A stretch of DNA of 64,000 bases from an uncultured Planctomycetia bacterium (GTDB lineage Bacteria; Omnitrophota; Gorgyraeia; 2-01-FULL-45-10): NCBI GenBank assembly GCA_964352425.1, contig CAYGRZ010000004.1, positions 2,647 through 66,646 on the forward strand, given 5' to 3'. Both the position numbers and the translations under genes were made by a program. Positions within the stretch are counted from its first letter, which is position 1. Every line of letters starts with the position of its first letter. Below, piece by piece: positions 62,301 to 63,910 of this stretch. The notes under the pieces were generated by a model. The model had not been told where the DNA came from. It saw only the letters and a list, made by a program, of their open reading frames with translations, and did not search any database.

Positions 62301-63910
62301 ATCTTCTCGAACCCCGTAACCTCGTCGCGGACCGTAATCTTGCGGGTCGTTGGATCAATATACAGGTTCCGCCCGGAACCGTAGCGGACATAGAACCTGT
62401 GGGCCCTCAGGGCATCTACCGCGAACTCTTCCCACATGTCGTCTATTAACGCCGTAAGGTCGGGATATTTTGCCGTAAGCTTCCCTATCTCATCTTTGAC
62501 CCCCGGGCTCTTCAACCACGTTTCCATAAATAACGCCTGCTGCGGGTCGTCGTTGGGTTCCATAAAGGAGCTCCCGTTCTCCATCCATTTTTGCACAAGC
62601 GCATCTATCTCTTTCCGGATACGTATCCTGTCCTCGGAATCCGGGAGCGCGTCACCGGAGATTATGCAGGGCGTGGCAGACCCGAATACCAGCATGAGGT
62701 CCGCCTCATCGAACAGATCGAAATATTTGGTATTGCGCAGCGCCTTGGGCGCCCTGCCGAGCATCTCTCGTAAGTCCCTGTGGAGGAACCAATCCCATTT
62801 ACCATATATGATCGCGCATTTTTCGAATACATCTTCGATGGACGCCTTGTCTGTCACAAGCCGGCCATTCTCAAATATGACCCCCCGCTCTTCGCCGTCG
62901 GGACCGGTCAGTATGAAGCCGATGACACCGCCCTTCAACGTACCGCTCAGGATCTCGCCATAATGTTCATCTATAGCCTGCTGGACAGCGCTCTCTTCAT
63001 GGAGCATGATGATCGACTTCTTGCCCTGCTCTTCAAATTTCATAAGGCCGGCGCCTCCGAGGACGAGCGCCTTGCCGCCTCCTGCTCTCAGCTCTGTGGA
63101 CTCGCCGTCTTTCAGCGCGTTCATGGTCGGGATCTGACCTTCCCTGTAGCCTGTCCTCTTATCTGTGGGAATATTGTTTGCGTCCGCGAATCTCTCGTAT
63201 AGAACGCTTTGTAATTCTGTCAGTTTGATACCTTCCGGCGACAAGCGCATATAGCCTTTAACCGCCGGCGCTGCTGCTGGCGCCTCTTCTTTACGTGTTT
63301 CTTCGACTTTCCTTGCTTCATCCGTTATCCGCACTTCTTCCTTGCGTTTTTCCTCGGTTATCCGCGCCGCTTCCTTACGGGTCTCTTCGGCTTTGCGTGC
63401 CGCTTCGGCTATTTCTGCTTCCTCCGCGGCCTTCTTCGCGGCAGCCGCAGCTATTCGCGCTTCCTCAGCATTGCGCCGTTCCTCGGCTTTCTGCGCTATT
63501 TCTCTGGCTGCCTCTTCTGCCTTCCTTGTCTCTTCAGCTACCCGCTCTGCTTCGATCTTCTGCGCAATGACTTCCCGGGCTCTTTTGATATACGCGGCGA
63601 TACGCTCGGCCTCTTCGGGAGGCCTTTTGCTGATATTGCTAAGGAGGACGCCGAGCGCATGCTCTGCTCTCTCCTTGGTGACATTTTTATCCTCAATCGT
63701 AGCCATGGCAGCCGCGATTATATCCGGGGAAGCAACTTCTGCCGGCGGAGTGATGGCGGCCTTTTCCGTGGTAATCAACAGGGCGTTAGCAAGGTCAGAA
63801 ACTTTATTCATAAAATCTTTATAGCTATTTATTTCGGCGCTCGCTAGATAGTAGTCTTTCCCCTCCTTTATCGACTTTTGTACTATAGGGGCATTAATAA
63901 GATACGACAT
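35357..63910 (-). CDS. Giant 9517-aa composite protein (28,554-nt ORF). In order it contains a coiled coil, a SecA-like motor, 3 TM clusters, a GH144-like domain, TolC/OEP-like repeats, a YD-like beta-repeat region, an HExxH motif, a radical-SAM domain with SPASM/twitch extension and a PtsI-like PEP-utilising module.
   Basis: Single uninterrupted frame. I counted the residues in full and the count matches 9517. I verified an anchor: the CxxxCxxC motif at residues 7641-7648 maps exactly to nt 40967-40990. An in-frame stop lies 5 codons upstream of the ATG at 63910. Domain calls come from motif-level reading and are listed as separate features. Confidence 0.9.
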   Translation of the reverse strand: MSYLINAPIVQKSIKEGKDYYLASAEINSYKDFMNKVSDLANALLITTEKAAITPPAEVASPDIIAAAMATIEDKNVTKERAEHALGVLLSNISKRPPEEAERIAAYIKRAREVIAQKIEAERVAEETRKAEEAAREIAQKAEERRNAEEARIAAAAAKKAAEEAEIAEAARKAEETRKEAARITEEKRKEEVRITDEARKVEETRKEEAPAAAPAVKGYMRLSPEGIKLTELQSVLYERFADANNIPTDKRTGYREGQIPTMNALKDGESTELRAGGGKALVLGGAGLMKFEEQGKKSIIMLHEESAVQQAIDEHYGEILSGTLKGGVIGFILTGPDGEERGVIFENGRLVTDKASIEDVFEKCAIIYGKWDWFLHRDLREMLGRAPKALRNTKYFDLFDEADLMLVFGSATPCIISGDALPDSEDRIRIRKEIDALVQKWMENGSSFMEPNDDPQQALFMETWLKSPGVKDEIGKLTAKYPDLTALIDDMWEEFAVDALRAHRFYVRYGSGRNLYIDPTTRKITVRDEVTGFEKIGMNFGEGLQQAIEIALKAEKISPETETLAAQNIVQYLTQNEMTDGFAATSGTLEGSRFKAIFGREVRRVEGVKITLKDLGHEGFATRDEKWSASLAKLRDRLANNRPILIKLGDDEEAKDFRDYIEKNLHNELEARGIIINMASGENPEELRRAVAMGGYANVITIATNVLHRAINIGIKGRYLEKGADGKAVLDPEGNPVERTETAADGKQVPVEVPPVGKLAPGLAVLSLDLDKYRALATQTKLRADRGINEGTYECLFSFDESVFKENKETLKSVYDELADAARKARATGSAEDKAYLSGLVGTAWDMIVSAENRNDERRREKEKEIFDLQKRIAHIIDGTSTPEKFKWLVEASLGKDEKGESVYEKVKAGLNPVELETARQVTNEKAVRAVAKFQTGQQKIRKRMGYLSQKLARGIQLAQPPTEFTEFDAVAVEFRAILDGLWRGAADNMAGALKGSVADVKDVPRPGFLSPFLANFIKSIAMITFILGVGIIFSYYGVRPLTDSLITPFTATLNSDLMGAGLSIGAMLIPALVLRLATGLKISALDRTSDHFMAYVQGRGKGGFTGGTVAAIKWIGMMVAQVLAQMGIPASIGALAIAVAHPGIALGGIPIIVLAFGSSLFALISSIMLAMIYNKDFESKAKDIAPGRFGRAVNAFIMALTVSVVVMFLVQFGADEIAASIAAKGAAGASMAVMLGASTMSQKAEADRAKWPVLAGGVLGLAAGIGLVGLLSVVTPTAIMGGMIGLPIAIIGIAMLTMQTLLAVRIGRETEKLGQGFWRQFFMSFIPNSRSVIMYAFTIGGSAYFLFGAMGATLTALGIYLIAATVTVIAACVIYAYNMNIEKRTGREFTQSLSRMLGMAVAISAGITPTLVYPQEEYRLRAEALVAQARGEKLNEAQAAMLKVISKYSPQELDGFKRLRKNVRIIFDALEKSELVVPQAPQVAITKPEAAPHTGVAPPAAAIPSREQLPSEVKTLDTAQIEENGRKAAIKENLRYFKDNIDSSTGLPYNHILLDSSRKSIDSTGKYFNPTDAGVYLNCMMLVASGDAEMEGVTPAEALTRIRKALGSLQELQADKSQNISGLFWWYQFKHGTAVKDEARGVSAVDNGNLCWSLAALIGRFQDDGKNKDIAAAAQKIIDAQKKGWAALYDGNKKTTIGSGLLRAGYKLKTEYHLDRRYNESRIAPLWAILFSDGQVPVKAFTNMELPVTKTPYITREGEEIYAVYTWDGTVFQALLPNAWINESALSPEGYAKANLNTIAIHIDYALNVRGLPALLSTASGLKRGTYPVFGVPAIAETVAVFNNTKDVFTSAGSPHASALTGLVIPRVGSSLINSLKAAYPSVMTPQGWVDVITKEGTKGRTILAFDQGMLVLGLAGSKNSEYVEKYLKSVGKYSLLAEIYGAQKFDFAGVKPENILPEKAAPAPVPTAPVPTAPALSMPKPSVQLPATTIPAPAPSMLDRVKAGIRGIVRQKPDLAAARAAAKEAAEKEFAFMIKASENELNAKRTRAAEELKRKEAESLRLEGEQKELQRSVDSEIESVNSELGLLTTGAVEAQKKVTLGDVYRHGMESARAEATRSNTRIQRILAKKQSKWAQYAPELTLSAGIGSSATGNFVSYGAQLDWVVWDATRDISRVIARQNMEGGELEEYLYCYDLLLNIRKAMDIYKAAGTAEALAKDAYEKNLRALGEAYKQARARPSKAWPIQDLTARKEDAKRLYEVARQARERSLAMIRDLGDYDGADAVAIDTDDMTAVNQALQSELLALKEKAVRSRGKESGGDARALLKAFGIQSSILNEIFADKNSNFRLALHAKFSTTTRDVDATATEKAYSVTTTTPLGVGLTIKFPTTSTAEIQKLNTALSRTDLMEELGARYVNSVRLMKLLSLSRARLEVLQGIEADAAASAKIAKERADKGIISQVDYVKAEMIAVSSRGDAARIAATIENILSALEEMGFDRAAIPAGALNDETIDAIVDKRIDTMSREVVAYLRALSEKIGAEKTWLLFQNTREYADRLKQAADTLEQDMERLKEGQDARARAEQNRRALERITVAGAIQQAHIDEINNKYKIWKTVMVPGMSVSAAPYGTKAKDAMRYSVTLTSQKEGPLPQSVKDAREQFMAEAEGRLTPETRAIPPKDRKVLNFVYDWESKPIGAGLDIRIEGLPSKKKPMVMQRVAFLLMKERELVAAKNELMHREEAAGAALEANTKRIAALRDRIELEQELKKQLESSLEYQQKEGVYAGVAPDEVNVVNRQIKSSEDELLRLQAEGADLAVEIESLQSIAKEISDLKAAGKYDKAEADAAAIMALLRYLEAWEYAVAAARTGEPYDISLTGEYNILEDTWSFGAFTSLIPFFHNVTVGKFKPDVARTKKDQQMAIGGAERVVIGWINGYRADRDEVISATAGLDAAKEHKNKIAKGLADLEASTVSTPAAITGKRAELADASKRVVEAELVLQEVTAALERSGDRIKALEQQTAPRDGESKEIIKFRKYVEAALAKKDAITALDGKAVKEDAIQRSEEVAAAQAAVDKANIDVQSAWWRTFNIDVGPAYEKYGGADNVNKEIEKKEAATLWKINYRAEDAERYGFKAVSEPDIFFRGLRKANLDKEADVWSRKGVEFNKRMEIEQLYAQLAGERGKVASLLVMLNEQESQLRKIEEYNAHNPVLNDTRLDEYKALIDKTKEIKRAAESRIRLLQLSILYDLKEVGDITSITAAGKDEKEGKPADVNQLLAALTKEPEMKLPVDLDAIWADIVKNNPHIRELENRQKAALIEAAMGRWENIWLSLSASRFDKSYDQAAKKFVNKVDLAWSINLNIKLNKFRLFSWFGGGAKAKETANQLKRDIAQALKDLRKQLDDLMKERTGALKELEAAQKAYHDRPKIVAHMRKAYLEGKIGITQLKEQEEWLRRDEMTLADTIAKISAIDMRIEMLFNNLITKEDSEAFEKKKEAEALPAAGMPAEVAEKPAPAADAERLAAVSAELAIARQKVDILKGRMKELDGDAARIKSRIAPDMNLAKALEKGENNLYRKKIENAVSAEARKAVNSDEVSKIMGALGIKEKQAVSVANMLYRYGIAHKLNPADKDFGEFVEDLAYFSDVLKGEMAKIPKLPSFFEDHLKPLSWEDDLSYAKIGLPAYYARRVAFLMAENPGMTRAQARDRIMAKEAREDLENIGLYNRFDADLANKLEPSRQYLAWEDAVTRRLDRAEWAKLSTDERIDAANRSRDIAQLIHGRAVYEQGDALDSGVLGAVAALPIRNDWTGAQLAKNVELMNAIAPFIKGFYNLNEEAVLKMPEGARLMVLKLMGKRETPAYRQELAKVTDTILMGKTMWWTQFASDRDLSASQVERVLTILANVSKTIEPYIHLITGSEEEREGLRLAITIDVLINKNTWVGRFLNSDGLAPADEQKDNIRLLFTKAYPAAKNFKNLAGYSDAVMFGKHMAMARDFVELLGKEVIEESDTTLMDDIIAYRNEVNRLILDKPIAANQAEKELFVAIKIKQKEAAFGAALPEEEKKLIRDRAEEEFADIYRDGYLSSVADPFIVDDNYRRLSGIRKPVPLKDIAVKLNLRELVSDLADKRVVAISRKGTDFEMVRDHEVDKKIKELEKKADRYGVALDPRTVSSYMEAFRKDFYLVHRQGVINSRVDNFYDEGVTDAATIEKRLSAEFIVDALAKHHWRPLNGEEVANWAQVLLNFIYVSPAEKDLPDDEKYKILTGRMADPADLSIWQDNVKQMLAVTGNYTGTVGKAIRDITNVYTLIYFEQNGYIAAVDSIKKRLKQVEGMDDKKTFNDLFIALEKAGVLDGKIQKLRKSVKDPKFIAWEALRGSIEKVAKANDVYQQERFTKEKPAKLRQILSDIKELTDAYRSDPKMRGMAEFNLIRELEELAADLRDNDADIEEFAKEEPLESSFIKADSLLKKFDEVRKKAANARKEELKLRERLRDAVADREKALGEKLRLAEKAASPFAKEWFFPRMRQRIKNIFSPVSTQREEWEGLVKAVYNARLFYSLDTYREKVKDTLATSGAQIMYKKMQALAAKQGKEPADLMKEKMAEAKGELVNAVYLKAISRASGQEIEIGELGFLQAAIRFGNYLQDAKEKYLSQPRFKNLSQPERKETGDWFIRNKIAKYIRFEALIKREEEAMVKNQTDPNGVPRLSYGQITGTFMELDEAGKGEERETARIRRDFYDASLIQEWANNSPLGYYLGQKMLRNTIREMAQSETGVMTQRDKMQRRINIEFQSQRQYYTNLGPSIEEERNDLFNDQDQFSDIDIQRYNEHMEQLKAITETRPGYMRKARAEAIEKLGSFHKQITYMLLKTQDVPGEKIAGDVKSLDSMIFPDIIRNINLKLSERNKEWTIANKQQIDKWIDLREPVKDERQGKISAYKTRTADKALKDQDLAAIREDIEAVLPGINEQLPPEKRIDPADENSIWDIQRQIYLSGMTASDYLTKTFVHPLEVRELLKNIYSKSKLTPPMEKKLKYYVTQIDMDGWPIDYIRVQLLYGIYLKGEMEKLGVTLNEDALEILVSHMIYNGIMPVPMKAPGTDYYEVFGRRADTLTVEDLQGMDLPVSRTIKMVKEMTDKLASEKYTLDKKTREDLFYIIGLSLNTNIIEPPEAEIVDIEADKIQKIVASQFEDGRIELGKFEKDRDSIIREISQKLKARNIHPANFVKLVNRLIEVKEANAAISQSIKDPTMLGRLEKIRIERGDLEILAVLDKDGFDKDKVIGIMELKALGIKTGSPREKLLIQDVKAPMDVTWNDFQNDRLLSLHETLKNYLDDNVFKGKDPLSDVKLSLEAQEKIEGMSRRDREKMTARIKDRIISRGLVKIDYVKEGKGDTAIIRPRAVRAFSADQDARLQKVIRSIIEMELGKIAPEPKHKLIAGLTYMLISILSIMGFYKIALYRHRREIRKNKKILYGPNANVPAPGTAPAAPTPPVAGAKPAAAPKDTSGQAGAVTIEALMGLFRAMVFISKLVLTGLTLYHFNDITHFTVLGTYSSWLFILLAPVLVWWNYFIDKATKPPIRPVIKWAVPLAVFSCIYISGIPGLNYTLMALASGILVYITISAAVDFGRDTLKLAATAITGRGNQRELTHTFFARLAKLAITTAATSVTAIYALSTINADTSLLGIIAVAAVLYTYCNYCMAELFVAIGTLTVANGALFLGNMVGLFKERAPWDLPKYKLVEKTQRIAKKYKAVIYDIGRQEGPLDVKLIAKTLFDSMINSVKMERVGADKAKYLYEDSAGNKFVPDEQDNLGAWMHSDTALKEAGLIMEEIAQILNARRLWGRDKVTYAHRNFQKHVYNPTHMMKPGSYRSDFEWMLECWTHPHLYVTRLDDDRPKITVAEDASGTLRQGILAEPGTYTIDGVTGEAIVYSDTSKTTEVKRFPRGTYTRSPVYDEENEGFELVTDFAVELLKGEYAIERRTIKIDDREWQVSAESEVYYIDADNPARRYRLLKGDIYDDATGKLIATKDMYDELPKSGLLRDRNDSTQRAKGKDGQELPDRVATIYDQHIYLKDKSGAIRHTLILTKDGKLLDAATGAYFASIDEIGHIDQGVAYKKYILGADGKITPAVNEYGGEYLLTRAAEFDGQRPIIPENLETFIDTLDANGVITERGGAFVKTRAKEGEWKRDPETGNAVTITGDVLVPVGWWSADADGNLIVDEGLKALAGSWHVEKATGDAIHTASGRILAKYGTWKKDLKGDLYAGGITKQEAKLYAREGAITDFFELGLGKTGRETTYFIADRAHSLTRDAGGMLIADTSALRLREVEDGYLANEKDGFVIKGGELLQYPMDGSVSRYDKEPLRRWDLAKDGITSVVQDNIILDQKTEALKQSQRLARYGTFAKDNNGIYRTRRLLAQYDDVYFDGYGNAHLKTTDGELAASGEFVLDEDNNLRRIAVDAGDPVINMNGTFGAGEVAVDEKTGDLIVERTLQQKDGFDIDEEGWAIDNGKNRIARVGTYILVKRDAGYVYAKDMLGNEVEPDIYIQLPIEIDNKNEVISGVAKRIGSRAAYDILGKELWGMYQPQIQYPNIGKSLFARLQSWAQSMLSYISLVFFWIFGKGSAVGKMTFYGPKYLNDVIKKQVLPWTVRSHDFWEAMWTATAYLVGTLLAPIYILEETVTSFSSMIIRMRRWVPGDVEALRREWNAAKAMFAYAQGHGIEAMIAAKKQIRESVLGSANVNLESEHHISGIIRGMLSTPVFTIWLVVLGLIATQIPAVLTGTHPVTARDLFAIVMLILIGQKGSPILRETFERGPRSLKTWANVAGGLASVALLVALPKIIIAAPALAVWAAVVVLLIVILRNPVKKLISVGMKWTEIPVKIGMPAGLVAMFWAATPYIELCLRSVPSAAYLTEDLLKHNFGICAYTIIYVGIATLAGMLQHAMARAASGPALFVKDFFGMVNKVYLTTKRLAVETFLHTSIMMMNLIYGPLDLKKSTKAVIQGREFRWDTLTAVEARLEKGMTVWQAYKEFKWAPIAGITLLVLVLVGVFFPSDYFLFRIFDPAFVFKGFPIFILSWVFGPYAAWYTAKYGGTREHRTQPFQFMIHELNAWMKETGTVMGKAALSDGAAIQKIKELTKNETIYNKDRHALRLYILYLTELDLAGTDKQDLRNEVADAMKMMDLSEIELQHKKIKAWTETEWKGAWDQLNEFARVRVLNEIVKRQKGGLLAGQVDAVKLERINRIMEVLEAAGPRRFFEKYWPDLDIAKRQAVVTKSGATGLERLLDLPAPAAAPAAPAALAPSPIAMKAGVLGGRHDLAWATIIDGQVENYKGIDNGMKAALEALLQRVITLHDLSESAREKVEELLEMGSGDAAAIKRKALMKEKSIRIVEGNDRLMHFTEGADSITLDVDSLAANNELLFMEFIHELMHARLRSMPTNAPPLSPMEEEMYITSKEVELFLAFPQKTQDNILSALKNSDDLDDFKFHKVLQYARDYGISRSSTYLEDYIHSLYEPVGNLARRLKDARVDITQDNKALELAMEALKADGIEVRDRLRIPLLRLLRELLLYPYSSSHEVMKKTGLDIGDLKELYKIVKSSQFMQEMLAMESPNATFIKIARLLMEDEDYVRKILNGEPVYPKIVELHLGLKCPSNCIFCYSQGRDYADRQGKPAIDKERLFALIDDFAANGVRDIYFSGGREPFTNKDSVDVVQYAAGKGLNVYIYTEGTFLDTARAQEVVTHAKQIRVSFNAATPETYEAVYRRPGSDVEWIKSNIRGMVEIKRKTKSDVSIGVSFLAMSQNYKELYMAIKLAHLMGADFFDIRADIIGKIGDFSEEEMKGLLKMIFKIRKMQRLGEFGNMRIDIAERFNVLAGGLVKSAKPVKMPRDCWATLTKIVINPWGEVYRCCLTAQPTFEDRIFQIGDLSTGGKRLHDILVGTTRARKDFDIHKCPSCNVYENNVNLLLEKLNNDLDVGVDINEQSFIPAEAVTAAAPLKDRVSRVVERFTKRSKSLSATTKMMLLAGIGTLASIAFGHEISSMNIAAAGMMLGMVTAGQEGAVGAPPEGATAPYISRAVGEDVVGEATGREGIEKAMLDRAREERDVYEVFKETLPDELRGLEPMPVDFVQKCLTEMFTENHVVDPKNKSKLYNEIFELWQLYLLARKTKEAGQTATHVALNDLKRVTSHDVPVTQVLIATPNRIGADKEFVTMVGDRGIERARTLDLIYDGVYIELLQLQKSPAVAEELSAETAAELLGRANAVNLEGAKALSDKAYGLCYEKLRGIHKCATNGVPGGVWNGIILNYVEDSLTLDGLKSGYKVGDRVKHIRTSPADEMTHLISRIRPQVYRVEKDLKTATGEMAEVFKAMIALYDHILENVRVENGSDSAAAQVRKACEMLLKVPVFARPDTKSRIIRVIKAVDEGYVISEDGVEAEQGKYFACHTAAMAEMSPSTTAAQVAERMFRGVSETIKTARHTAHFALWQWLEANYPVDAQGKRSDEGRLAEEIVKNICLKLDIEEVRLEDIDEVAERARQEKREIVVVSAGLIEDELILRALTEKYKVKAFVSSGGSTSQHAALVATARGATLLLGPPKIVLAKLAHTNASCSFYVSEAGFEAYFYAGPATSDQGAAMAVKVARAKALKDYYLSKQSKEPDEVVRTLDGVETPVYANINVGYNLEKGEFGIEDEGALGALRTAYSSGANGNALARTEFMYGRSQAPDAAHQERLYMGLANLANKTVTIRTFDKQDDKACPALPDTERLAGVNGKPYSFDYYRTKTGREALKTQITAILRAQMLSDYHNLRMMFPMVKTMDDIVFISDLLKEIKTEQFMDELAAQHHKMFRSARKEKAEVVRLLDEMPIGIMVEHRDLVMDKAGNLTFENLMLILDNGLVPIRFLSIGSNDMTASVKEKDRSGITAHDYDKQILGIIEGVVKEAAQRGLPVTICGDAARYHKTLMFSLYLQKKYNIFMIPGVIYGMIPELKTVAGQCSAAACGDLLENWQAKTDDEINKIVRNKTQVVVERIENEPEFIAEFTARMGQSTTTTTTPRLVEAGSFILLGIFVYLALPPWMVLAIGAAAAAAYVIWKQLDRMRPAPVTVNERYITDQAVKTALMMESAREPSGEGYVGDLIHRLEETVEMKEPAEGLPLPKPAKVSAAAFIIGLAGASAETVEAVGRAYGTGTRVVSVTGEEELRKMASEGSPARILLDGTMPVSQITSAEFKQDIASIRLARAYDVIFAMAGIDDATRQEIAEAIKAMLPGTEKMDWDNLLDAASMAAAKDPALRQRLHDTVTSIVEKRRDELATKTKAYRPMELPDASSLKSLMARSAVKKFAMATTEKMAMSNIRFGKGMNRAEALGKQAGGEVVNCFIYGDIYKTEEAARSFIAASGYTGNVNDIKLINKKDRSYADIRADVVDAAGLDEKSMGNIGITAEASELGKPTSAGEKVLVAEEIEMNGVKVVPAINSYEALFLMVTGAVAEGQLPPGVTKNGDIYNFMPPILPLNYGTELRAYWDGIALIRSSA
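36941..38353 (-). other. PtsI (PTS Enzyme I) / PEP-utilising-enzyme-like module: phosphohistidine swivel domain plus PEP-binding TIM barrel (residues ~8520-8990).
   Basis: Colinear matches to E. coli PtsI as I recall it:
- KAFVSSGGSTSQHAALVATARGATLLLG vs [27 protein letters not shown] (His shifted by one position);
- ALARTEFMYGR vs GLYRTEFLFMDR;
- VTIRTFD vs VIVRTMD;
- LRMMFPMVKTMDDI vs LRIMFPMIISVEEV;
- IGIMVEHR vs IGVMVETP;
- FLSIGSNDMTA vs FFSIGTNDLTQ;
- TICGD vs GMCGE. Confidence 0.65.
40061..41038 (-). other. Radical-SAM domain with a SPASM/twitch-like C-terminal extension (residues ~7625-7950).
   Basis: CPSNCIFC (CxxxCxxC) at nt 40967-40990, verified on DNA. A glycine-rich SAM-binding segment IYFSGGREPF follows. 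Downstream lie CWATLTKIVINPWGEVYRCC (C-x13-G-x4-CC) and CPSC. Confidence 0.75.
41648..41662 (-). other. HExxH zincin-like motif (HELMH, residues 7417-7421) in a helical region upstream of the radical-SAM domain.
   Basis: Local context LFMEFIHELMHARLRS. The motif alone is weak evidence for a metalloprotease. Confidence 0.25.
42641..44143 (-). other. Transmembrane cluster 3 (about 10-12 helices, residues ~6590-7090).
   Basis: Helices such as SYISLVFFWIFG, TIWLVVLGLIATQIPAVL, LAVWAAVVVLLIVIL, ITLLVLVLVGVFF and PIFILSWVFGPYAAW. Confidence 0.55.
44231..46273 (-). other. Beta-hairpin repeat region (residues ~5880-6560) with recurring xDxxTGxxI / YDxxG units (YD/RHS-like, low confidence).
   Basis: Units such as DIYDDATGKLIATKDMYDE, TKDGKLLDAATGAYFASIDEIG, YDDVYFDGYGNAHLKTTDGELAASGEF and DEKTGDLIVERT. 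Confidence 0.35.
46751..47638 (-). other. Transmembrane cluster 2 (residues ~5425-5720), containing a Pro/Ala-rich linker (APGTAPAAPTPPVAGAKPAAAP).
   Basis: Hydrophobic helices, e.g. LIAGLTYMLISILSIMGFYKIAL and WLFILLAPVLVWWNYFI. Confidence 0.55.
53411..57763 (-). other. Region containing several TolC/outer-membrane-efflux-protein (OEP)-like repeats (beta-strand pairs followed by long helices), residues ~2050-3500. It is preceded by a Pro-rich linker (PAPVPTAPVPTAPA).
   Basis: Pattern matches to the OEP family: LSAGIGSSATGNFVSYGAQLDWVVWDATRDISRV..., ARLEVLQGIEADAAASAKIAKERADKGIISQVDYVKAEMIAVSSRGDAARIAATIENILS, and DLAWSINLNIKLNKFRLFSWFGGGAKAKE...LEGKIGITQLKEQEEWLRRDEMTLADTIAKISAI. Confidence 0.45.
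58061..59353 (-). other. GH144/DUF3131-like (alpha/alpha)6 domain (residues ~1520-1950), paralogous to the three standalone hydrolase-like proteins of this window.
   Basis: STGLPYNHILLDSS...GVYLNCMMLVASGD matches NGLIKDSS...VAAVGFGLAAICVG. GLFWWYQFKHG...VSAVDNGNLCWSLAALIG matches GFLYHFLDMRTG...VSSIDTALFIAGALYAGE. YTWDGTVFQALLPNAWIN matches CYTGSLFTYQYSHAFID. Confidence 0.5.
59651..60883 (-). other. Transmembrane cluster 1 (about 10 hydrophobic helices, residues ~1010-1420).
   Basis: Repeated 20-25-residue Ala/Gly/Ile/Leu-rich stretches (e.g. MITFILGVGIIFSYYGV, GIPIIVLAFGSSLFALISSIMLAMIY). Confidence 0.6.
61481..63148 (-). other. SecA-like preprotein-translocase motor module (NBD1, preprotein-binding domain and NBD2; residues ~255-810) with degenerate catalytic motifs.
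   Basis: Colinear matches to SecA from my memory of its sequence:
- ELRAGGGKALVLGG vs EMRTGEGKTLTATLP (Walker A: GK kept, T replaced by A);
- AIIYGKWDWFLHRDLRE vs DITYGTNNEYGFDYLRDN;
- LFDEADLMLVFGSATPCIISG vs [21 protein letters not shown];
- ALRAH identical;
- GLQQAIE vs GLHQAVE;
- VITIATNVLHRAINIG vs VTIATNMAGRGTDI (motif VI);
- LRADRGINEGTYECLFSFDE vs [22 protein letters not shown]. Confidence 0.65.
63281..63628 (-). other. N-terminal Lys/Glu/Ala-rich coiled-coil segment with degenerate tandem repeats (residues ~95-210).
   Basis: The protein repeats (RKAEETRKEAARITEE / KRKEEVRITDEARKVEETRKEEA). A matching ~24-36-nt periodicity (cttcc...gcg units) is visible in the DNA. Confidence 0.6.

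Noticed and set aside
63295-63600. Possible CRISPR-like or minisatellite repeat in the DNA encoding the N-terminal coiled coil.
   Set aside because: The periodicity is imperfect and lies inside a continuous reading frame encoding Lys/Glu/Ala heptad-like repeats. It reflects protein-level repetition, not a non-coding repeat array.
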